The notes: generated by a model from the letters alone, not told the origin. A DNA stretch of 64,000 nucleotides from Cyanobacteriota bacterium (GCA_046045965.1 JBJOKS010000008.1:1-64000); one strand, 5' to 3'; positions 52,019 to 62,512 are shown, numbered from the stretch's first letter. Made by a program: numbers and translations.

Positions 52019-52693
52019 TCAAACTAGGTCGTTATATGTAGCTCGACCTAATGCTTGCATTAAAATTGGTTCTAACTCTTTAATTATCTCCATATTCAGG
52101 TAAAAAGCATGGTTAGCTTCTGCTACAATTTTGTCAGCAGTTGTATCATCAACGGGTACGTTATCTAATGCTTGACGATACTTGTTTTTGAATTCCTGCT
52201 TATCGGGAATTTGCTCGAAATTGTAAAAGGAAGTTCCTTCATATCCAGACAGTTTTAAGGCTGATTGAGCAATTTTTTGTAGCATTTGTCCACCGGAAAG
52301 ATCACCCATATAACGGGTATAGGTATGACCTAATAACAAAGCAGGTTCATGGGTAGAAAGTTGGTGAATGCGCTTAATGTAATTTTGAGTTGCTATTGAT
52401 GGTGTAATCAAGTTTCGCCAGAGATTACCATTGTAAAATAACATATCTTTTTCAAGAGATGCTTGGCGATTTAGTTCGGGAAAATACATTACACTAATTA
52501 CAGGATGTTGTTTATTTTTCTCAATTGCTGTTTCTAGTTCACTGTAAACAAAATACAGATTACTCAAAAACTTAATAAAGCATTCTCTATCTACAACTCC
52601 TTGGACAAAACATTTCATAAAACCGACATTTTCTGCGTCTGTATGAGCTTGTTGAGTACCAGAACGCAGTTTGATGGCTAAATTATTACTCAT
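52019..52693 (-). CDS. Heme oxygenase (low-oxygen-type paralog, ho2-like)
   Basis: LRSGT..AH..AENVGF, FPELNR, HTYTRYMGDLSGGQ; clustered with hemN and acsF. Confidence 0.9.
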   Translation of the reverse strand: MSNNLAIKLRSGTQQAHTDAENVGFMKCFVQGVVDRECFIKFLSNLYFVYSELETAIEKNKQHPVISVMYFPELNRQASLEKDMLFYNGNLWRNLITPSIATQNYIKRIHQLSTHEPALLLGHTYTRYMGDLSGGQMLQKIAQSALKLSGYEGTSFYNFEQIPDKQEFKNKYRQALDNVPVDDTTADKIVAEANHAFYLNMEIIKELEPILMQALGRATYNDLV

Positions 52694-53086
52694 TGTTGCT
52701 TCCTTCGTGTTCACGTGCAAATTTGCTCAATAGTCATCGACTTGTTTATCAGTTCACCGTCGATACCACAGCCAGAAAATTGCTATTCTAGGTTTATGGG
52801 GTGATGCACTAATCTATCCAGCAAGCACCAATGCTGATAAAGATCAGGGCAATTTTTATCTCTTACAAAATATTTAACTATTAATCTTCTTGTAAATATA
52901 AAGATATTCATATTTCTTTAGACTTGCATGAGGAAAACTGTTTTCTTCATAGGTATTTAAACTCTGATAAAAGCATGAATGCTCTGGTAACTTTGTACAA
53001 AGTTGTTTCAATAATTTAACTGATGACTACTAATCACTATTTATGCTTATATAGTTTTTATGGGAGTAAATATCAAAAGGATTCTT

Positions 53087-54163
53087 ATGGTTAAGTCTTT
53101 GGAAACTCCGCCAGTTGAGTTACTTAAACCAGGTGTAAAAGCGCCTGTTCAAGAAACATTATTAACCCCCAGGTTTTATACCACAGATTTTGATGCTGTG
53201 GCAAAAATAGATATTTCTGCTCATGAAGCGGAAATCAGGGCTGTAGTTGACGAACTTAAGGCTGATTATAACCGCCATCACTTTGTTCGTGATGATGAAT
53301 TTAAACAGTCTTGGGATCACATTCAAGGTGAGAAACGACTAGCTTTTATTGACTTTTTAGAACGTTCTTGCACTTCTGAATTTTCGGGGTTTCTGCTGTT
53401 TAAAGAGTTGTCCCGTCGTATCAAAGATAGTAACCCTCTACTATCAGAAGCATTTGATTATCTAGCAAGAGATGAAGCGCGTCATGCGGGTTTTTTGAAT
53501 AAGTCAATGGCAGATTTTAATCTTTCCCTGGACTTAAGTTATCTCACTAAAAATCGTACCTACACTTTCTTTCCTCCAGAGTGGGTTATTTACACTGTTT
53601 ACCTGTCGGAGAAAATTGGCTACTGGCGTTATATTTTAGTATATCGTCACATGGAACAACATCCAGAATTCCAGTTTTATCCTTTATTTAGAAAGTTTGA
53701 AAGCTGGTGTCAGGATGAGAATAGACACGGAGATTTTTTCAAGGCTTTGTTACGTTCTCAACCCCAGTTATGGAATAATTGGAAAGCACGTTTATGGGTG
53801 CGTTTCTTTTTACTAACTGTGTTTGTTACCCATACAATGACAGTGTTTGAACGGGCGAATTTTTATGAAATATTAGGAATTCATCCCCGTAAATACAACA
53901 ATCAGGTAATTACAGAAACTAACAAAACCGCAGCGAGAGCTTTTCCCACTATCTTAAATACAAATCACCCCTACTTTTTCTGGTATTTGGAACAGTGTGC
54001 AATTAATAACCAGAAATTAATTGAACTCAAGAACAGCAAAAAATTGGGAATTGTGAAGTTTTTCCAAAAAATACCGTTGATGAAAAACATCTTTTGGTAT
54101 ATGTTAAAACTTTACTTAATTAAACCCATCAATGCTGAAAAGAATCGTGAGGCTGTTTGTTAA
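53087..54163 (+). CDS. acsF: Mg-protoporphyrin IX monomethyl ester oxidative cyclase (AcsF/ChlAII type)
   Basis: ETLLTPRFYTTDF, SEFSGFLL, RDEARHAG, DENRHGD diiron motifs. Confidence 0.95.
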   Translation: MVKSLETPPVELLKPGVKAPVQETLLTPRFYTTDFDAVAKIDISAHEAEIRAVVDELKADYNRHHFVRDDEFKQSWDHIQGEKRLAFIDFLERSCTSEFSGFLLFKELSRRIKDSNPLLSEAFDYLARDEARHAGFLNKSMADFNLSLDLSYLTKNRTYTFFPPEWVIYTVYLSEKIGYWRYILVYRHMEQHPEFQFYPLFRKFESWCQDENRHGDFFKALLRSQPQLWNNWKARLWVRFFLLTVFVTHTMTVFERANFYEILGIHPRKYNNQVITETNKTAARAFPTILNTNHPYFFWYLEQCAINNQKLIELKNSKKLGIVKFFQKIPLMKNIFWYMLKLYLIKPINAEKNREAVC

Positions 54164-54242
54164 TTGATATTTTCCACCTTTGACGGTTTGTATTATTCTT
54201 AATTTCTAATCTCGCGTAATTCCTGATGTTTTGTAAGTTGTC

Positions 54243-54275
54243 AGATCCCCAAATTCTTTGAAAAGCCGGGGATCT
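54243..54275. repeat. REP-like hairpin/terminator after acsF
   Basis: agatcccc...ggggatct followed by a T-run. Confidence 0.65.
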
Positions 54276-54423
54276 TTTTTTGACATAAATTTATAATCAG
54301 ACCAACCTTAGTCAAATCCGGCACTTAACAAAATTGACAAAAAGATCCGTGTATACATTACCTGCTGAATAGAGATAAAATTGATAAGTATCCGGCATTT
54401 ACCTTCACGGAGATTATAGCCTG

Positions 54424-56148
54424 ATGTTGCTGTGCCTCAGAATTGAGAATTTTGCCCTTATTGACCAACTAGAGTTGGATTTTGGCGCTGGTTTGAATGT
54501 GCTGACAGGAGAAACCGGCGCGGGAAAGTCAATTATTTTAGATGCGATTGATGCGGTTTTGGGTGGTAAAGTTTCTAGTCGTGTGATTCGTACAGGGACT
54601 AGTCGCGCTTTGGTCGAAGGGACTTTTAGTATAAATCCTTTTCTGGCTGCTTGGTTGAATGAACAGGAAATTGATTTAATTGATGATAATTCGGTCATAA
54701 TTAGTCGAGAAATTGCCGTTACTACCAGTAATATTCGCAGTAGATCGCGAATAAATGGGGTGTTGGTAAATCGGCAAATCATGGGAAGTTTGCGCGATCG
54801 CCTTGTAGAAATTACCGCTCAAGGGCAAACTGTACAAGTGGGACAATATGCCCAAGTTCGAGATTGGTTAGATTTATATGGTGGTGATAATTTAATTCAA
54901 AACCGGCAACAAGTAGGTGTTGCTTTTAGTGCCTATAATTTTGCACACCAAACTTTAGAAAAACGCCGCACTTCCGAACGAGAACGCTTACAACAACTCG
55001 ATTTACTCACCTATCAAGTTCAAGAATTGAGTGCAGCCAATCTCGATGATCCGCAAGAAATGGAACAATTAACTCAGGAAAGAGAACGTCTAAATCATGT
55101 TGTTGATTTACAACAAATGAGTTACAAAGTTTATCAAGCTTTATATCAAAATGAAGATGAAACTCCTACTGCTGCCGATTTATTGGGAGATAGTGAAACA
55201 ATCTTAAATCATATTGTCGAGTTTGATTCTCGAATGCAACCGATGTTAGAATTGGTGCGAGATGCAGTAGCAGCAGTGATGGAAGTGGGTAGACAAATTA
55301 GTATTTATGGGGAAAGTTTGGAAGCTGATCCCCAAAGGTTGGAGGAAGTAGAAGAAAGGATTCGGGAATTAAAGCAAATTTGTCGTAAATATGGACCAAC
55401 TCTGACAGAAGCTATAGCTTATTATGAACGTATCCAAAAAGAATTAGCAGAACTCAATAACCATGAACTATCAATTGAAACTTTGGAACAACAAGAACAA
55501 GTTTGTTTACAATATCTCAACCAAGTTAGTCAAAAATTAACCCAATTGCGTCTGCAAACTGCGGCTAATTTAGAATTTCATTTATTGGCTGAACTCAAAC
55601 CTTTAGCAATGGAAAAGGTAAAATTTCAAGTTGAAATTACGCCAACTTCTCCAACGGCGATGGGTGCAGATAAAATTACCTTTATGTTTAGTCCTAACCC
55701 TGGTGAACCCATACAACCGTTAACAGAAATTGCTTCTGGTGGGGAAATGAGCCGATTTTTATTGGCTTTAAAAGCTTGTTTTAATCAACATGATGGTGCG
55801 GAAACAATGGTATTTGATGAAATTGATGTTGGTGTTTCTGGTAGAGTTGCCCAAGCTATTGCGGAAAAATTACACCAACTTAGTCAAAGTCAGCAAGTAT
55901 TATGTGTGACTCATCAGCCGTTAATTGCAGCAATGGCAGATCGACATTTTCGCGTAGATAAACAAGTGATTAATAAAAATGGTAATACTGAACAGCGGAC
56001 AGTTGTGAGAGTTACTAGCTTAGATAATTTAAATACCCGTCGTGAAGAGTTAGCACAGTTAGCCGGTGGTAAGTCAGGCAATGAGGCGATCGCATTTGCC
56101 GAGTCATTATTGCGACAGGCTACAAATCATCGTCAACAGGAAGGGTAA
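54424..56148 (+). CDS. recN: DNA repair protein RecN
   Basis: IENFALI, TGETGAGKSI, ASGGEMSR, FDEIDVGVSG, VTHQP. Confidence 0.97.
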   Translation: MLLCLRIENFALIDQLELDFGAGLNVLTGETGAGKSIILDAIDAVLGGKVSSRVIRTGTSRALVEGTFSINPFLAAWLNEQEIDLIDDNSVIISREIAVTTSNIRSRSRINGVLVNRQIMGSLRDRLVEITAQGQTVQVGQYAQVRDWLDLYGGDNLIQNRQQVGVAFSAYNFAHQTLEKRRTSERERLQQLDLLTYQVQELSAANLDDPQEMEQLTQERERLNHVVDLQQMSYKVYQALYQNEDETPTAADLLGDSETILNHIVEFDSRMQPMLELVRDAVAAVMEVGRQISIYGESLEADPQRLEEVEERIRELKQICRKYGPTLTEAIAYYERIQKELAELNNHELSIETLEQQEQVCLQYLNQVSQKLTQLRLQTAANLEFHLLAELKPLAMEKVKFQVEITPTSPTAMGADKITFMFSPNPGEPIQPLTEIASGGEMSRFLLALKACFNQHDGAETMVFDEIDVGVSGRVAQAIAEKLHQLSQSQQVLCVTHQPLIAAMADRHFRVDKQVINKNGNTEQRTVVRVTSLDNLNTRREELAQLAGGKSGNEAIAFAESLLRQATNHRQQEG

Positions 56149-56512
56149 ACAGCAACTCTGATCCTATCAGTTACTTACCATCAATATAATATTCAGGATT
56201 TGTGAAATTTATATGTAGAATGTTGACAAATCAAACCGGAGTATTTAATACTTTAGTTAATCTCACTGAACATCAGACAGTAATACTAGCATCAAAAAAC
56301 CACTAAACCTGTTCATGTTATATTCCTTGAAAGATCCTTTCGTCAGAATTACGGAAAAATCAGGTTTTCTGAAGATGTTTTTTTAAGTAATAAGACTGTA
56401 CTGAAACCAGTAAGATTTTAACAGAGATATCGGGTTATTTTTATACCGATTGATTTCTTCTATTTACGCACTTAATCAAGTTCCCTATTAAATTACTCAG
56501 GATGACAACATA

Positions 56513-57340
56513 ATGAAGTACAAAATGAATTACACTTTGAAAAAGCTGGCTACTACAGCAATAACGCTGACTGGGGTTGTTACTGCTGCTGGTATCACTC
56601 TCTCAGCACAATCTGCCCAGGCGCTTACTATCAACTTTGGTCCTGGTGATTTTCAGATTGACACCGGCGGTAGGGGCAGTAACAATGCTCTTGCAACTTC
56701 CACAATTAATACAACCGGTATTATAGGTTCAGCAACATCAAACACAGGAGGTTTCAACAATGCATTCTCAAACACTTTTATATTACTAGGTGCGAATCCA
56801 ACTAACGTATTAGGGACTAGTACAGCACCAGCAAACCGTGATGATTTTAGAGGCACTAATACTACGGCCACAAGTGATACTGACATTGTGCTTGATGCTT
56901 TTCAAGTTACTCAACCAATTGCACTGTCCTTTGATTTTGCATTTTACGGCAACGCATCAGCAACAGTCAACAACAACATTGATCAATTCAGTATATCCCT
57001 GTTTCGTCAAAGCGATGGTGCTGAATTTACCTTTTTGAGTCGAAGTTCCAATCTTGGATATGGTGCTCTAAATAATCAAACAGTAAATATTAATGGGGGC
57101 ATTTTCGATGAAGGTGTCTTAGAAGCAGGAACTTACCAACTACGACTCTCCTTGACTGAGGGTACTAACACATTAGGAAACTCAGCAGCAGGTTTCAATA
57201 ACATTTCTCTTAACGTCGCTGAACCTGTTCCCTTTGGATTTTCCACAAATGCGAGTTTGCTAGTATTTGGTGGTGTGTTTTATGGTTTCAACAAATTCAG
57301 AAAAAAACAGGCTTTAAAGAAGTCTCAGGTAGAAGCATAG
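56513..57340 (+). CDS. Secreted PEP-CTERM/PFE-CTERM-type surface protein
   Basis: Signal peptide ending AQA, Thr/Asn/Gly-rich body, C-terminal PVPFGFS + hydrophobic helix + KFRKK. Confidence 0.8.
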   Translation: MKYKMNYTLKKLATTAITLTGVVTAAGITLSAQSAQALTINFGPGDFQIDTGGRGSNNALATSTINTTGIIGSATSNTGGFNNAFSNTFILLGANPTNVLGTSTAPANRDDFRGTNTTATSDTDIVLDAFQVTQPIALSFDFAFYGNASATVNNNIDQFSISLFRQSDGAEFTFLSRSSNLGYGALNNQTVNINGGIFDEGVLEAGTYQLRLSLTEGTNTLGNSAAGFNNISLNVAEPVPFGFSTNASLLVFGGVFYGFNKFRKKQALKKSQVEA

Positions 57341-57365
57341 ATCAAAATACTTCTGATTTTAAGAT

Positions 57366-57403
57366 TTTATCCCCCCAATACCTCAATGAATTCGGGGGAT
57401 AAA
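57366..57403. terminator. Hairpin between convergent genes
   Basis: tttatccccc...gggggataaa. Confidence 0.6.
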
Positions 57404-57502
57404 CTTCTTAAATTCAGTTAAGATTTACAGCATATTGCAGGTAAAGGAGCTAAACAATTTAATCATAAATAACTTCTGACTCCTGAATCCTGCTGTATGT
57501 TT

Positions 57503-58879
57503 TTACTCCTGGTCTGATGCTCTGATATTTCCAGACATTGCTTGCAAAAGTTGCTCAATTTCTTCTACAGTATTGTAATGTGCTAATCCAATTCTTAATA
57601 AACCACCAGATGATTCTAAACCTAACTTTTCTGTAAGTTCAACAGCATAGAAATTTCCATGCCAGGTAAAGATACCTTTTTCTCCTAACATCTTCGCTAC
57701 ATCTGCCGATTTTTTACCCTCAATTGTGATAGAAACTGTGGGAGTTCTCCAGTTAAATTTGCTAGGTTCAGTAATACCATAAACCGTTACATCAGGAATT
57801 GCTAACAACCCAGAAATCAGCTTTTTACTTAATTCTCTTTCATATTGTTGGATAGCTGACATTGCTGCTAATAAAGCTGCACGACGACTGTGATAAGCAG
57901 ATGTTAACTCATAATTTGGTTGTTCTTTTGAAGTCAGAAACCGGGGACAATGAAAAGTAGTTAAACCTTCCCTATCTGCTGCTATTAAAGAATCTAGTAG
58001 TTCATTATCTAAGGTTGGGGAAACATGACAACCTAATTTAGCTAAATAATTAATTGTAGCGACTAACCCCGCTAAACCTTCATGATTTAAAGTTCCTGTT
58101 TCCCATTTTGAGGGAATTTCATTAGTTGCAGGTCTGACTTTATAGGGAGAAAATTTTGTTAAATGTTCTCTTTTTGCATATAAAATTCCTACATGGGGAG
58201 CAAAGAATTTATAAGCTGAACAAGCGAGAAAATCACAATTTAAATGATGGACATTAATAGGTGCATGGGGAGCATAATGAACAGCATCAACGAAAACCAA
58301 AGCACCCACAGCATGAGCTAATTTGACAATTTTGGTGATATCATTAATAGTTCCCACTGCGTTAGAAGCATAGGTGACAGCAACTAATTTTGTTTTTTCA
58401 TTAATCTTTGTTTCTAAATCGCTAAAATCTAAGGTGCAATCTGAAATCTTGATATCAACAAACTGAATATTTACACCTTTTTCTTCTAAAGCGACCCAAG
58501 GAGAAATATTAGCAGCGTGGTCTAATTTTGTGACAATTATTTCATCTCCTGGTTGTAATTCTCGACCTATAGCACGACTGACACTAAAAGTAAGAGTTGT
58601 CATATTTGCACCAAATACGACTTCATCATGATCGCATCCTAAAAAATCGGCGATCGCTGCTCTGGCAGAATTAATTACTGCATCAGTTCGCGCACTGGTG
58701 GTAAAATAACCGTGAGCATTAGCATTACACCTAACTAAATAATCATTGATATTATCTAATACTGCACCAGGTACTTGAGTTCCCCCAGGTCCATCAAAAA
58801 AAATAGCTGGTTGTCCGTTAATGGTTTGAGTTAATGCGGGAAACTGGGATCTAATCCATTTTATATCTAGAGATTCCAT
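57503..58879 (-). CDS. Cysteine desulfurase-like aminotransferase class V
   Basis: FDGPGGTQVP, DHAAN, VDAVHYAPH, CSAYKFF, ETGT, GNFYA. Confidence 0.9.
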   Translation of the reverse strand: MESLDIKWIRSQFPALTQTINGQPAIFFDGPGGTQVPGAVLDNINDYLVRCNANAHGYFTTSARTDAVINSARAAIADFLGCDHDEVVFGANMTTLTFSVSRAIGRELQPGDEIIVTKLDHAANISPWVALEEKGVNIQFVDIKISDCTLDFSDLETKINEKTKLVAVTYASNAVGTINDITKIVKLAHAVGALVFVDAVHYAPHAPINVHHLNCDFLACSAYKFFAPHVGILYAKREHLTKFSPYKVRPATNEIPSKWETGTLNHEGLAGLVATINYLAKLGCHVSPTLDNELLDSLIAADREGLTTFHCPRFLTSKEQPNYELTSAYHSRRAALLAAMSAIQQYERELSKKLISGLLAIPDVTVYGITEPSKFNWRTPTVSITIEGKKSADVAKMLGEKGIFTWHGNFYAVELTEKLGLESSGGLLRIGLAHYNTVEEIEQLLQAMSGNIRASDQE

Positions 58880-58945
58880 AATTATATTTCCTCATTATTT
58901 ACCGAATAATTCCCTGTATCTCTATCTCCAGAATAATCTTTATTT

Positions 58946-59058
58946 TATGAACTTGGTGATAATTTAGCTATAAGCATCCTTCATACCCATCCTAGTCGCT
59001 CTGATAAAAGTAGGTGAGTTTCTAATTCATTGACTGACCCTTGTGCTATAGTCACCAA
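58946..59058 (-). pseudogene. Fragment of a four-helix-bundle (23S rRNA IVP-like) gene
   Basis: Minus frame LVTIAQGSVNELETHLLLSERLGWV*RMLIAKL resembles the family's IA.GS..ELET motif. Confidence 0.55.
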
Positions 59059-59085
59059 GATTATATTATGGGTAGTTGGAAGTAA

Positions 59086-59210
59086 TATAGGACTCCTATT
59101 TGATTTTTGAACAGAACTCCGTACATACTGAAAACCTTCTTTCCTTTTCCCTGTTCCCTGTTCCCTACCTCCACGAAAAATTCATGAATCAAATAAATCG
59201 GATCACTATA
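59086..59210. mobile_element. Nostocales-type MITE with imperfect TIRs and internal (TTCCCTG)n
   Basis: tataggactcctatttgattt ... aatcaaataaatcggatcactata. Confidence 0.6.
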
Positions 59211-59356
59211 GAATTTGTTGCTTCTGTTAATTGCCGCATAGTATTTTCCATTATTATGCAAGAATTTAAGAGTCGTAAAATCTCCCAAAACCTCTTCTCT
59301 GTTCCCTGTTCCCTGTTAAGAGTTCCCTTGTCATAACGAAAATTTTTAACGCTAAC

Positions 59357-60241
59357 CTACTTATTGGGGAAACCAACTTTATTCAAAATATTCATGGGAC
59401 CGATATTTTTAACTAACTGCAATTGTTCATGATTTCGCACCAGTAAAGCACCAGCAAACCCCAAAGAGTTGATAGAAATTGACTCAAATTCTTCATGAGA
59501 ACGCGGTACAATTAACATCCAATCTCTCGTAGCTAAAAGATTATAAGCCCCAGAATGTTGATTATTATCAACAGCTGTAATACCAACCGCTGCTAGTAAA
59601 GCATGATATTTTTCTAAAGTTACTGCGGCGCTTTCTTCAGGTTGAATAGTTCTGAAAGCGTGTAAAAAAGGTAGTGCTGGTATAGTTGCGATCGCCTCCG
59701 AAAAATTTACATCTTTTAATAATGGTGTAATCGGAATTTCTTGACCAGAAAAAGGGACAATTTGTAAATGTTTATGTCGCTGACTCGCACCGGCAAGTTT
59801 ACCGCCATTGTAAAAAACTAATCCATCAAAATCAGCTAAAGTTGCCCACATTGCCGCAAAATCTTCTAAGGTAAGTAAGCTTTCTTGTTCTTCAAAACTG
59901 CGGGTGATAATCAACAAGTGATAATCTACAACATTGAATTTATTTAAAATGCACAGATGAGTCTCAGAAATCTCAGCTACAAATAAATCTTCTTCATAAG
60001 GCAAAAAAGGATTAAACTCTTTACCAGTTGCAGCAGTTTGTTTTTCTTGTTTTTCCTTAGCTGCTTGTTTACGATTTAAATTTGATAATATCCGCACCAA
60101 GAATTTAACTCCATCCTGTTCAACAAATTCAAATTCCGTCGGGATAGATTTTAGCGCCCCGCATTTTAAAGCGTGTTCCGTTGTTTGTTTGACTTTCTCC
60201 CATAATGTCCCTGGTTCGAGGAATATTTTCCCTGGTTTCAT
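59357..60241 (-). CDS. ATP adenylyltransferase / Ap4A phosphorylase
   Basis: FNPFLPYE, LNKFNV, FYNGG..AGASQRHKHLQ, INSLGFAG. Confidence 0.92.
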   Translation of the reverse strand: MKPGKIFLEPGTLWEKVKQTTEHALKCGALKSIPTEFEFVEQDGVKFLVRILSNLNRKQAAKEKQEKQTAATGKEFNPFLPYEEDLFVAEISETHLCILNKFNVVDYHLLIITRSFEEQESLLTLEDFAAMWATLADFDGLVFYNGGKLAGASQRHKHLQIVPFSGQEIPITPLLKDVNFSEAIATIPALPFLHAFRTIQPEESAAVTLEKYHALLAAVGITAVDNNQHSGAYNLLATRDWMLIVPRSHEEFESISINSLGFAGALLVRNHEQLQLVKNIGPMNILNKVGFPNK

Positions 60242-60312
60242 CTGTGTTGATAATGACAGTGCTAAAGGTGCTAAAATATTATATAGTAATCCTCAATAAT
60301 TATCTAACAACA

Positions 60313-60344
60313 ATATCCCCAACTTCTAGAGAAATCGGGGATAT
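60313..60344. repeat. REP-like hairpin family copy
   Basis: atatcccc-aacttctagagaaatc-ggggatat. Confidence 0.65.
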
Positions 60345-60388
60345 GAAGATGGTATAATTATTACCAAAATTTGATCTTATTTTATAAA

Positions 60389-60832
60389 TTAACTACGCAC
60401 TGTTTCCGGCCAAAGTTCTCGCAATGCAGGTGGCATCATGTGAACAACATCTTCAATTTCTCCTTGGGAAACCCTTTGAGCCATAATTTTGAAGACAGCA
60501 CGCACCAAGGTTTCCGGATCAATATCAGCATTAACGTTGCGGAAATAATCACGAATATGCTGTAAAAATTCTTCCTTTGTTCTATCTTTACTCTGTTTTG
60601 CACCTGGCCGCCAATTTTCGTAGTAAAAACCACCTAAAAGAATGGGTAATTGCGCTCCTAAATGGGCAGCTTCTTCTACAGTTAAGCGATCGCGCAGTAC
60701 GTGTAATGTAGCTCGCAAACCTTGAAAAACTTGGTGTTTGTTTTCCCAACCTAATTCTTTTGCTAACTCATTAATCCAAGGAATTGTTTTTTGTACAGTA
60801 GCATCAAAGGTATCTAATCCTGTCATTGTCAT
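60389..60832 (-). CDS. DUF2267 domain protein
   Basis: FDATVQKT..W, LRATLHVLRDRL..EEAAHLGAQLP; AGGAGA RBS before ATG 60832. Confidence 0.9.
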   Translation of the reverse strand: MTMTGLDTFDATVQKTIPWINELAKELGWENKHQVFQGLRATLHVLRDRLTVEEAAHLGAQLPILLGGFYYENWRPGAKQSKDRTKEEFLQHIRDYFRNVNADIDPETLVRAVFKIMAQRVSQGEIEDVVHMMPPALRELWPETVRS

Positions 60833-60939
60833 AATTATTTCTCCTGTTTGTGTGCTGCAATTGCTTGATAACTTATGTATGTCAAAAAACCCGCTTACTA
60901 AGTAAGTCAACATAATTAAACATAAAACTCTGAGGAGAT

Positions 60940-60972
60940 AGATACCCAAGTTATTTGATCAGTCGGGTATCT
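60940..60972. repeat. REP-like hairpin family copy
   Basis: agataccc...gggtatct. Confidence 0.6.
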
Positions 60973-61260
60973 GGGTATTACGTTTTTTTCAGTTGAACTA
61001 CCTACTGAGTTCAAATTATAAAAACCTGGATATTTTTTAACTTCTAGCTAATGGAACATAATCTTTTATTTACTCCTCTATCTGCTAGGAGATTAAGCAT
61101 ATTTTTTTAATTTTTTTTAATTTTTTCTCATTTTTTTTAGGTCAAAACTAGCCCGAATATTGCTGTGCAGTAATATTCAACACTCAGGAATTAAGATTGA
61201 ATACTCAGCACTACTGATGTAGTTTAGGTTAAACTAATGGCAGTGTGTGAGGAGTAAAAT

Positions 61261-62448
61261 ATGACAAATCGCAACCAGATAGAACTATTTGCATTGAGTT
61301 TTCTGAGTGTATGCTTTTGTCTGGGTATGAGTTTAGGAGTAACTATCAGATTTGGCAGAATACAGGAATCAAATGCTACTGCAACAGAGATTCCCGCATT
61401 TTCTCCTGACTCTATACCCAGCTTAGGTGAAGAACAACAAACAATCACTATTAAAGCTGTTGGTGATATCATTCCTGGTACGAATTTTCCTGATTATAGA
61501 TTGCCACGAAATCCCAATCAATTACTACCACAATCAGTGAGAAATCATCTACAAGGATCAGATATTTTATTTGGTAACTTTGAAAGCACCTTAACTAACC
61601 ATCCCTACAGTGCAAAAGATATCCGTCGCGGACAAACTTTTGCTTTTCGTTCTCCTCCCTCTTATGTCCAATTATTTGCCGCAGCTGGTTTTAATGTCTT
61701 GAACATAGCCAATAATCACACAATGGATTTTGGCATAGTTGGGTTTAAAGATACAATCATAAATTTAGAAACTGCGGGGATTAAAACATTAGGTCATAAA
61801 AATCAAATTCTTTATTTAGAAGCTAATCAAATTCCCATAGCTATGATTGGCTTTACAACCTACGATTTATATAATTCTGTTCATAACTTAGAAACTGCTA
61901 AAGCCTTGGTAAAAGAAGCTAAAAACAACGCCAACATTGTAATTGTTTCTATGCAAGTAGGAGCAGAAGGAACCAGTGCTTTACACGTCAAAGACAAAAC
62001 AGAATATTTCTATGGTGAAAATCGAGGTAACTCCTTAAAATTTGCCAGGACAATGATTGATATAGGTGCAGATTTAGTATTAGGACATGGTCCTCATGTT
62101 CCGAGAGCGATTGAACTTTACAAAGGAAAAATTATTGCTTATTCATTAGGTAACTTTTTAGGATATCGCACTTTAGCTACAAATGCCCAAACTAGTTACT
62201 CAATGATTTTAGAAGTCAAACTCAACACAGAAGGTAACTTAGTATCTAGTAAAATTATTCCTGTGCATTTAAATCGGCAAGGTATCCCACAAATCGATCA
62301 ATATTTCCGCACTGTGGGATTACTGCGTTATTTAAATAATCATGATTTTCCTGACAGTAACTTAGCAATTAATAACCAGGGAGAGATTGTTATTTTAAAT
62401 CAACAAAATGCAATAATTCAGGAGTCAGGAGTCAGGAGTCAGGAGTGA
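61261..62448 (+). CDS. CapA family (poly-gamma-glutamate synthesis-like) metallophosphoesterase
   Basis: AVGDI, GNFE, ANNHTMDFG, GADLVLGHGPHV, YSLGNF. Confidence 0.9.
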   Translation: MTNRNQIELFALSFLSVCFCLGMSLGVTIRFGRIQESNATATEIPAFSPDSIPSLGEEQQTITIKAVGDIIPGTNFPDYRLPRNPNQLLPQSVRNHLQGSDILFGNFESTLTNHPYSAKDIRRGQTFAFRSPPSYVQLFAAAGFNVLNIANNHTMDFGIVGFKDTIINLETAGIKTLGHKNQILYLEANQIPIAMIGFTTYDLYNSVHNLETAKALVKEAKNNANIVIVSMQVGAEGTSALHVKDKTEYFYGENRGNSLKFARTMIDIGADLVLGHGPHVPRAIELYKGKIIAYSLGNFLGYRTLATNAQTSYSMILEVKLNTEGNLVSSKIIPVHLNRQGIPQIDQYFRTVGLLRYLNNHDFPDSNLAINNQGEIVILNQQNAIIQESGVRSQE

Positions 62449-62512
62449 TAATAATTATTATCAATACTGATAGTGAAAGTTATATTGATTTTTGATTTTC
62501 AATCTTCACAAT

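Noticed and set aside
52987..52998. NtcA box upstream of acsF
   Set aside because: Spacing is GTA-N6-TAC, not N8
57880..58040. Apparent insertion in the cysteine desulfurase-like protein as an intein
   Set aside because: About 50 aa, lacking intein terminal motifs (C...HN); more likely a lineage-specific loop
59061..59336. Two overlapping short ORFs
   Set aside because: Both are read through a MITE and STRR tract (GNREQG, FPVP peptides)
60833..60949. N-terminal extension of the DUF2267 ORF in the ORF track
   Set aside because: A better ATG with an RBS lies at 60832; the extension begins in a REP-like hairpin
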